A DNA stretch of 64,000 bases from an uncultured Myxococcales bacterium (GTDB lineage Bacteria > Myxococcota_A > UBA9042). A model generated the notes under the pieces. It had not been told where the DNA came from, did no database searches, and was given only the letters and a program-made list of their open reading frames with translations. Position numbers and translations under genes: made by a program. The stretch covers positions 2,833 to 66,832 of the forward strand of contig CAISBR010000081.1 in NCBI GenBank assembly GCA_903883645.1. The letters run 5' to 3'. Shown in pieces: positions 58,701 through 64,000 of this stretch. The stretch's first letter is position 1. Every line of letters starts with the position of its first letter.

Positions 58701-59447
58701 GGTCGTCTTGTTGCCGTTGCGCCCCAGCACCTTGTATTCGCCGGGCTTGATCGTCAGCTTGCCCGTGCAGCCATTGATCACATGCTTGTCGGTGCCGCTG
58801 TCGTCGGTCATGGTCAGACCGTTTAAGTCGACGTCTTTGCTCGAATTATTCTTGACCTCAAACCATTCACCCGCATCGTCTTTGACGGCGAGCGGCCACA
58901 CCATGATCTCGGTAATCACCAAGTCGCCGGCCTTCAAGCTCTTCTGCGGCGCTGGCGCGGTCTTGGGCGGGGTGCATTTTTCGCCACACGTGCCGTCGGT
59001 TTGCAGCTCGTAGCCGATGTTGCAGTTGCACTGCGCCTTGTTATTCAACTTGGTACACAGGGTCTTGTTGGGGTCGGTGCACGGATTGGGCGTGCAGGGG
59101 TCGCTGCTCACGACTTCGCTCTTGGCGTCGCCGGTGTCGGTTTTGACGTCGCCCGTGTCGTCGCCTGAGCCGTCCGCGGCATCCGTGGTCACTTCCTCCG
59201 CGACGGAGTCCCAGCCGCTGTCGAGGCCGCTATCTTTGCCTACGTCTGGGCCGCCGCTCTGGGTGTCCGTTCCCCCCACGCTGACATCAAAGCCGGGGAA
59301 CACATAGCCACCCGCGTCCGCCGGCGAGGCCGTGTTGCTGCCGCAACCTGTGGCCAACACGAGCATGGCCAAGTTGGTCGCAGTAGCAGCCCATACCACC
59401 GCAAGGCGGTTGCGGAATCGGACGGCAGGTAGCAGCACGTGGGGCAT
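55779..59447 (-). CDS. Giant secreted lipoprotein: four lamin-tail (LTD) domains, thrombospondin type-3 Ca-binding repeats and Myxococcus cysteine-rich repeats
   Basis: Lipobox LVLATGC|GS. LTD signatures occur four times (LVITEIM...[15 protein letters not shown]...[15 protein letters not shown]...[15 protein letters not shown]...GEWFEVYN). TSP3-type DxDxDGxxDxxD runs are present. CGDGxxxxGExCDDGNxxxGDGCSxxC repeats occur three times. Confidence 0.8.
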   Translation of the reverse strand: MPHVLLPAVRFRNRLAVVWAATATNLAMLVLATGCGSNTASPADAGGYVFPGFDVSVGGTDTQSGGPDVGKDSGLDSGWDSVAEEVTTDAADGSGDDTGDVKTDTGDAKSEVVSSDPCTPNPCTDPNKTLCTKLNNKAQCNCNIGYELQTDGTCGEKCTPPKTAPAPQKSLKAGDLVITEIMVWPLAVKDDAGEWFEVKNNSSKDVDLNGLTMTDDSGTDKHVINGCTGKLTIKPGEYKVLGRNGNKTTNGGNMYDYVYASTSFNNLKDTLLIRADYAVPVVLDKVAWTQSWPIIDWKGAALNLDVTMTSATGNDDWKGFCASPNKLPSGDYGTPGVANPACPAPPDLDQDGVPDSMDDCPNNFDPAESDGSQPDSDGDGAGDACDNCAAEPNPDQADADKDGKGDACDPAICGDGELDLGESCDDGNDYVGDGCDACVIGAALPGNLVINEIVPHGDNIDDATGQWFELYNNTGAPVPIKGWQLQVKNGVAGKPKTHVITDTVIVPAKGFVVLAANNNKALNGNVNAQYAFNKPGAEFLLDPTSDTLTIVDVPGKKIVDILAYGLNTPPVKTNISLQLDPSYATTLQNDKLVYWCYSSTAISGVPGNFGSPGQPNPTCTPAGQDQDGDAVLNEIDNCPFVGNLGQTDSDGDKLGDACDVCPKVANPKQGDMDGDGVGDVCDNCPGTPNPTQIDSDGDGLGDGCDSPTCGNGTVEAAETCDDSNTSGGDGCSLNCQKENFVAGQVLVTEIMANPKAVGDEYGEWVELFNPGDLPVDINGWVLRDNGTNKFVLSSPKPLWIAPGSYFVVGGSADKLLNGGAPTQVGWFTAPPSPFSLGNITGDDVVLDWNGKTIDGVTYIPKQAACYAPGPPGSCATQFPVVEGKSMQLDPSAYDPAKNDDAKNWCEGKAAYGAGDFGSPGQANPPCINPCEGQADNTACGTDLICVGGQCKPAPKCGDGLITAAIGEECDDGNQTDGDGCSGQCKKEAPPQPKGTLVISEVMVDPDAVIDSKGEWFEVYNPTSETIDLTGWKLVSDVYSHVVTAGGPNVANPPVVPAKSYALLLAVADPAQNNNLKPVYAWIDMATAGLFQLKNIHLDWKLQLVNTAGAVVDEVNAGKLPWGLGNSAMLSPTCLTPADNDKPECWLAAGPTCGYGLYMGASTYATDPPPCASASDCPAPTVCQPMTAVQDGSKVLWKYDLFAVQSRCGARDRGTPGYANLCP

Positions 59448-59646
59448 CTCAATTTCCTCGTCCAGGGCCAGGGCCTGGCTCTTCCCTCTGGCCGGGGCAG
59501 GTCCGCGAGGCCACTGAATTCAGCCGCGCGGCGAGCCTACCGCTCCAAACCCCACAGTATAAGGATCGCGTCCACCGCAGCGCAAGGACACGGCTGCCTC
59601 GGATTTGCCAGGACCTGTCGGCGCCAATTGCGTTTCGAGTACCTGC

Positions 59647-59667
59647 CCCTATCCAGCGCGCGGATAG
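59647..59667. promoter_or_regulatory. Perfect inverted repeat CCTATCC-N7-GGATAGG, about 80 bp upstream of mmsA
   Basis: Read directly from the sequence. It lies in the divergent intergenic region between the LTD lipoprotein gene and mmsA. Confidence 0.35.
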
Positions 59668-59743
59668 GACTCGAGAGCGATTGATCTACGCCGCGGGCAG
59701 CGCTACCGTGCGCGGCGCAGCCAACGCGCTGCCTGGAGCGAAC

Positions 59744-61249
59744 ATGGGTAGCAACATCGCATCGATCGGGCACTTTATCGCCGGCCAGCACGTCGCCGGG
59801 CAGTCGGGCCGCTTCGGCGCCGTCTACAACCCCGCGAGCGGCGAGCAAAGTGCCGCAGTCGCCCTCGCCAGCGCCGACGAAGTGCGCACCGCCATCGCCA
59901 GTGCACAAGCCGCCTTTGGCCCCTGGTCCGAGACTCCGCCTTTGGTGCGCGCCCGTGTGATGTTCAAGTTCAAAGAACTGCTCGAGAAGCACAAAGACGA
60001 GCTGGCTGAGCTGGTGACGCGCGAGCATGGCAAGACCTTCGAAGACGCCAAGGGCTCGGTCACCCGCGGCATCGAAGTGGTCGAATTCGTTTGTGGCATT
60101 CCACACTTGCTGCGCGGCGAGCTGACCGAGAACGTCGGCCGGAACATCGACTCGTACAGCCTGCGCCAGCCGCTGGGGGTGTGCGCGGGCATTACGCCAT
60201 TCAACTTCCCCGCCATGGTGCCGATGTGGATGTTCCCCGTGGCGATCGCCTGCGGCAACACCTTCGTGCTCAAGCCGTCGGAGAAAGATCCCTCGACTTC
60301 GATGCGCTTGGCCGAATTGCTGACCGAGGCCGGGCTGCCCAAGGGTGTGCTCAACGTGGTGAACGGCGATCGCGAGGCCGTCGATACCCTGCTGACCGAC
60401 CCGGGAATTGCGGCGATCAGCTTTGTGGGCTCCACGAACGTGGGCGAGTACATCTACAAGACCGGTTCCGCCCACGGCAAGCGCGTGCAAGCTCTGTGCG
60501 GCGCCAAGAACCACATGGTGGTCATGCCCGATGCCGACATGAACCTGGTGGTCGACGCGCTGATTGGCGCGGCCTATGGCTCGGCGGGCGAGCGCTGCAT
60601 GGCAATTTCTGTAGCGGTGGCGGTGGGCGACGTGGCCGACGAGCTGGTCGCTCGGCTGATCCCGCGCACCCAGAGCCTGCTTGTGGGTCCGGGCATGGAC
60701 CCGGCGAGCGAGATGGGGCCGCTGGTCACCAAAGAACACTACACCAAAGTGCGCAGTTACGTGGACTTGGGCGTCGACGAGGGCGCAGTGTTAGCCGTCG
60801 ACGGTCGGCAGCTGGTGGTCGAAGGCTCGGAGCACGGCTTCTTCCTCGGCGGCTGCCTGTTCGACCATGTGACCCCCGACATGCGCATCTACAAAGAAGA
60901 AATCTTTGGCCCGGTGCTCTGCGTGGTCCGCGTGCCCGACTTCGAGACCGCGCTAAAGCTCGTCAACGACCACGAATATGGCAACGGCACTGCCATCTTT
61001 ACCCGCGACGGCGACAGCGCCCGCACCTTCGTCAACCGCGTGCAGGTCGGCATGGTTGGCGTCAACGTGCCAATCCCGGTCCCCATGGCCTTCCACAGCT
61101 TTGGCGGCTGGAAGCGCTCGATTTTCGGCGACCGCAATGTGTACGGCACCGAGGGCATCGGCTTCTACACGCGGCTGAAGACCACGACCGAGCGGTGGCC
61201 CACGGGGATTCGGGCGGGCGCAGAGTTCGTCATGCCCACGATGAAGTAG
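59744..61249 (+). CDS. mmsA: CoA-acylating methylmalonate-semialdehyde dehydrogenase
   Basis: From [21 protein letters not shown] superfamily with the catalytic Cys context ([11 protein letters not shown]) and an MmsA-type N-terminus. The listed 59537..60739(-) ORF is its antisense shadow. Confidence 0.9.
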   Translation: MGSNIASIGHFIAGQHVAGQSGRFGAVYNPASGEQSAAVALASADEVRTAIASAQAAFGPWSETPPLVRARVMFKFKELLEKHKDELAELVTREHGKTFEDAKGSVTRGIEVVEFVCGIPHLLRGELTENVGRNIDSYSLRQPLGVCAGITPFNFPAMVPMWMFPVAIACGNTFVLKPSEKDPSTSMRLAELLTEAGLPKGVLNVVNGDREAVDTLLTDPGIAAISFVGSTNVGEYIYKTGSAHGKRVQALCGAKNHMVVMPDADMNLVVDALIGAAYGSAGERCMAISVAVAVGDVADELVARLIPRTQSLLVGPGMDPASEMGPLVTKEHYTKVRSYVDLGVDEGAVLAVDGRQLVVEGSEHGFFLGGCLFDHVTPDMRIYKEEIFGPVLCVVRVPDFETALKLVNDHEYGNGTAIFTRDGDSARTFVNRVQVGMVGVNVPIPVPMAFHSFGGWKRSIFGDRNVYGTEGIGFYTRLKTTTERWPTGIRAGAEFVMPTMK

Positions 61250-61273
61250 CCGCTGCGCAATGGCGGGCATTTT

Positions 61274-62296
61274 CTACTGCCCGTTTTCATTGAGGTATGG
61301 CCGTTGCCCACCACCCGCCCCCTGCCAGATCGGGCTACTGCGCGCAGCGGCAGGGAAGGCGTAGGGTGGAAACTCCACATGCAAGGCCGGCCCCCCGCGC
61401 GCAGCCTGCGCCGTCGCCGCACGCAACTCCGAGCACGCAACCGCGCAGGCTTCCCGGAACAGCTTCAACCGTTCGCAGTAGTTCGCCTGGGCCGTGGCGT
61501 CGGGGGCAATGCACGGGCTCTGCGGCTTGCGCTCAGGCTTAGGGGAGGTCGGCAGGTCCTCCCAGTCCACACCGCGCGTATGATTCTCGATAGATACACT
61601 ATGCCGGGCATGTTCTGAATCTGCCGTATCGAGCGCTTCGTCGGGTGCCGCCGCCGGGCACAACTCCGCAACGGTGGCTGCAAGTTGCCGGCGCCAAGCC
61701 TCGTCGGCGAGGCCAGCGAAGCACGGCAGCGGGGTCATCGCTACGACCAGATCATCGGTAAAATCCTCAGCATTCGTAGGGTTCTTGCCGTTACGGCCAG
61801 CCAAGGTCCACTCAGTCTGGCGGAACCGCCGCCCGGCCACCTCCTCTCCACGAAGCAGCCACTGCGCGCTCGATGCCCCGGGCCATTCGCACGGATGCGC
61901 CGCCAGCCCCGCCTTGCAAGCCTGTAGCAAAACGTACTGTAAGGCCACGAGTTCACTAGCCTCCCCCGGCAGCACGGCCTTGACATGGGCCCGCGGGTGC
62001 CACATCGGGCCCTTACGCCCAAACGCCCTGTTCACCAACCGCGACGTCGCGGCATGGAACTGACAGAGGAATGCGGCGAATTGTTCTGGGTAATCAAACG
62101 AGTAGAGCCCGTGGTAGTGGTTCGACAAGAAGGTAAATGCGTGGACACGAACCCCCGTTTCCTGCTGCGCAGCGGCGAGCGCGCCAATGAATTCAGCCTG
62201 CATCGCCACATCTTCGGGCATCAGCGCCCACCGACGCTCGATCGTGGCAAGGCTGACCATGTGCAGGTGGGCGGGGTCGTAGAATCGGCGGCTCAT
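61274..62296 (-). CDS. IS200/IS605-like Y1 (HUH) transposase-domain protein, extended form (possibly domesticated)
   Basis: From Met41 (MSRRFYDPAHLHMV...). The HUH motif is HAFTFLSNHYHGLYS, followed by ...ATSRLVNRAFGRKGPMWHPRAH. 340 aa is longer than a canonical TnpA, and no terminal hairpins were examined. Confidence 0.5.
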   Translation of the reverse strand: MSRRFYDPAHLHMVSLATIERRWALMPEDVAMQAEFIGALAAAQQETGVRVHAFTFLSNHYHGLYSFDYPEQFAAFLCQFHAATSRLVNRAFGRKGPMWHPRAHVKAVLPGEASELVALQYVLLQACKAGLAAHPCEWPGASSAQWLLRGEEVAGRRFRQTEWTLAGRNGKNPTNAEDFTDDLVVAMTPLPCFAGLADEAWRRQLAATVAELCPAAAPDEALDTADSEHARHSVSIENHTRGVDWEDLPTSPKPERKPQSPCIAPDATAQANYCERLKLFREACAVACSELRAATAQAARGGPALHVEFPPYAFPAAARSSPIWQGAGGGQRPYLNENGQ

Positions 62297-62493
62297 AGCG
62301 GTCTCCCTCCGGGCGTTCTTCCGCTCGGTACTAGGGTGATCGATCTGGCCACTGGTTTTGCCGCGGCGCTGGGCGAAAAAAGTTCCCGCGACAGGCAACA
62401 AGATTGTCAGTCCCAATCAATTCAACGGGTAGAAAATGCCCACCATTCGTATTTGGCCTCGCGGCGGTGATCACCTGGCGCCCGTGTCTGCGT

Positions 62494-63786
62494 TCAGGCG
62501 ATGCCCGCCTCGGTCAAGACCTGGCTCGCCCGCGGCCCCACCCCCAACTCATAAAACAGCCGGTCCACCCCGTCCAAGTCGAGCGTCGTCGCCACAAAGG
62601 GCTCGCCGACCTTGAGCCGCCCCGTGTAGCCGCCCGGTTCGCGCAGAGCCAGCGCCGCACACCGGGTGACACCCCGCAAGACCTCTTGCGGACTCAGCTT
62701 TGCCCCCAACACCGCCATCTGCATCGCCAGCACCAGGTTCGTGGTCATGGCCGAGCCGGGGTTGCAGTCCGTCGCCACTGCCACCAGCGCGCCCGCGTCG
62801 ACCAGTTGCCGCAGCGGCGCATACGGCTCGCGCAAGAACACCGACGTTAGCGGCAGCCCCACCGCCACAGTATCCGACTTTGCAAGTATTTCAAGCGACT
62901 TAGAAGCTGTTTGCAGTAGATGCTCGACCGACGCCGCGCCCTGCTCCACCGCCCACTGCACGCCGTCCAGGTCGGCAAACTCGTCGACATGGGCCTTCAT
63001 GGGCAGCCCCAGCGCGTCGGCAACTTTCGCAATCTTCTCGGCCTGTTCGACCGTAAAGTAGCCCTTCTCGACAAACACATCGACAAAGGCCAGCTCGGGG
63101 TCGGCCGCGCGCATCGCCGGCAAGATCTGCTCGCACACCAGCGCCACGTAACCTTCTGGATTCGCTTTGAACTCCGGCGGAATCGCATGAGCCGGCATCG
63201 CCGTACTCACCAGCCGCAGCTGCCCGGCAAACCGCTGTCGCAGCACCGCAATGGCTTGTAAGATCTTGACCTCACTAGCTAACTCCAGACCGTAGCCGGT
63301 CTTACACTCGACCACCCGCACGCCCCACTCGGCCATCTGCTGCAGTCGGGGCGCCGCGGCCTCGACCAGCTCGGGCACACTCGCCGCGCGCGTCTTGGCC
63401 ACCGTGTGCAGGATCCCTCCGCCCGCCGCCGCGATCTCACCGTAACTTTTGCCATTTAGCCGTTGCACGAACTCGCCGCTGCGATCGCCCGCGAACACCA
63501 CATGGGTATGGCAGTCGATCAGACCTGGCAGCAGCAAACGCCCACCAAGATCAATGGTTGCGTCGGCATGGGGCTGCTCAGCGCTGCCAGTCGGCCCCAG
63601 CCACTCCAGCTGCCAGCCACCCCAAAGCTCATGGCGAATCACCAGATCAACGCCCGTGTGCCGCCCCAGCTGCTCCCAAGAGGTCAGCGGCCCGCGCTCC
63701 GGCCCGGTACAAGTCAGAACATGCCCGGCACCTGTCAGGCGCACCCGGCGTCGCGGCAGGGGTCCAGTTAGGCGGGGTTCGCGCAT
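62494..63786 (-). CDS. hutI: Imidazolonepropionase
   Basis: Amidohydrolase fold with GLIDCHTHVVFAG and a C-terminal DCNPGS motif. It lies directly downstream of hutU. Confidence 0.9.
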   Translation of the reverse strand: MREPRLTGPLPRRRVRLTGAGHVLTCTGPERGPLTSWEQLGRHTGVDLVIRHELWGGWQLEWLGPTGSAEQPHADATIDLGGRLLLPGLIDCHTHVVFAGDRSGEFVQRLNGKSYGEIAAAGGGILHTVAKTRAASVPELVEAAAPRLQQMAEWGVRVVECKTGYGLELASEVKILQAIAVLRQRFAGQLRLVSTAMPAHAIPPEFKANPEGYVALVCEQILPAMRAADPELAFVDVFVEKGYFTVEQAEKIAKVADALGLPMKAHVDEFADLDGVQWAVEQGAASVEHLLQTASKSLEILAKSDTVAVGLPLTSVFLREPYAPLRQLVDAGALVAVATDCNPGSAMTTNLVLAMQMAVLGAKLSPQEVLRGVTRCAALALREPGGYTGRLKVGEPFVATTLDLDGVDRLFYELGVGPRASQVLTEAGIA

Positions 63787-63789
63787 GTA

Positions 63790-64000
63790 CTACTCCTGCA
63801 TCGGGATTTTGACGCCGTTCTGCTTGGCACAGGCCACCGCGCTCGGATAGCCCGCATCGGCGTGGCGCAAGAGGCCCATCGCCGGGTCCGAGGTCAGCAC
63901 CCGCTCGATCCGCGCCGCCGCCTCAGGCGTGCCGTCGGCCACGATAACTACGCCTGCGTGCTGCGAATAGCCCATGCCTACACCGCCGCCGTGGTGCACG
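63790..64000 (-). CDS. hutU: Urocanate hydratase, C-terminal ~70 aa only (gene continues beyond the window end)
   Basis: ...[28 protein letters not shown]... is the conserved HutU C-terminus. The gene is partial at the window edge. Confidence 0.7.
   Translation of the reverse strand, partial: VHHGGGVGMGYSQHAGVVIVADGTPEAAARIERVLTSDPAMGLLRHADAGYPSAVACAKQNGVKIPMQE

Noticed and set aside
59537-60739. 400-aa minus-strand ORF opposite mmsA
   Set aside because: Antisense shadow of the well-conserved mmsA reading frame. It is His/Arg/Gly-rich compositional garbage typical of GC-rich antisense frames.

Overview
The window is 64 kb of high-GC (~69%) bacterial chromosome. Thrombospondin type-3 repeats, 'Myxococcus cysteine-rich' repeats, MopE-type CNxxDDDCDG motifs and lamin-tail domains in several secreted lipoproteins point to Myxococcota. 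Gene density is high and almost every long ORF has a recognisable family. Contents from left to right are as follows. (1) Anaerobic sulfur-respiration locus on the minus strand: PsrABC-type Mo-bisPGD reductase, a split YeeE/YedE sulfur-compound transporter pair (one half fused to a Cys-less rhodanese), and a >=10-haem c-type cytochrome truncated by the window start. (2) Thioredoxin, an LNS2/lipin-type HAD lipoprotein, and an outer-membrane beta-barrel gene preceded by a Fur-box-like AT island. (3) Three Cys-rich secreted proteins, including a ~1000-aa protein built from ~16 near-identical 37-aa (111-bp) tandem repeats. (4) An rluA, B12-less acyl-CoA mutase and B12-binding radical-SAM operon. 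(5) A glycosyltransferase pair, two MBL-fold hydrolase paralogs, pntAB, an XDH/CoxMSL-family molybdoenzyme, and a TamA/TamB-like pair. (6) An ECF-sigma/anti-sigma/LTXXQ/multicopper-oxidase copper-stress module next to a DUF1566 protein. (7) The most unusual feature: three toxin-antitoxin cassettes (higBA, higBA, hicBA) stacked immediately downstream of ychF. Each cassette is bounded by a ~95-bp junction element whose right end is a copy of the last 16 bp of ychF, which looks like serial site-specific insertion at the ychF 3' end; no integrase is in view. (8) Housekeeping genes clpB, glmM, mmsA and hutI-hutU, a giant LTD/TSP3/Cys-repeat lipoprotein, and an IS200-like (Y1 HUH) transposase-domain gene. 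Note that an 'M' in the supplied ORF track can stand for a TTG or GTG start (for example 39793 and 40925 are TTG), and many listed ORFs are antisense shadow frames of real genes.
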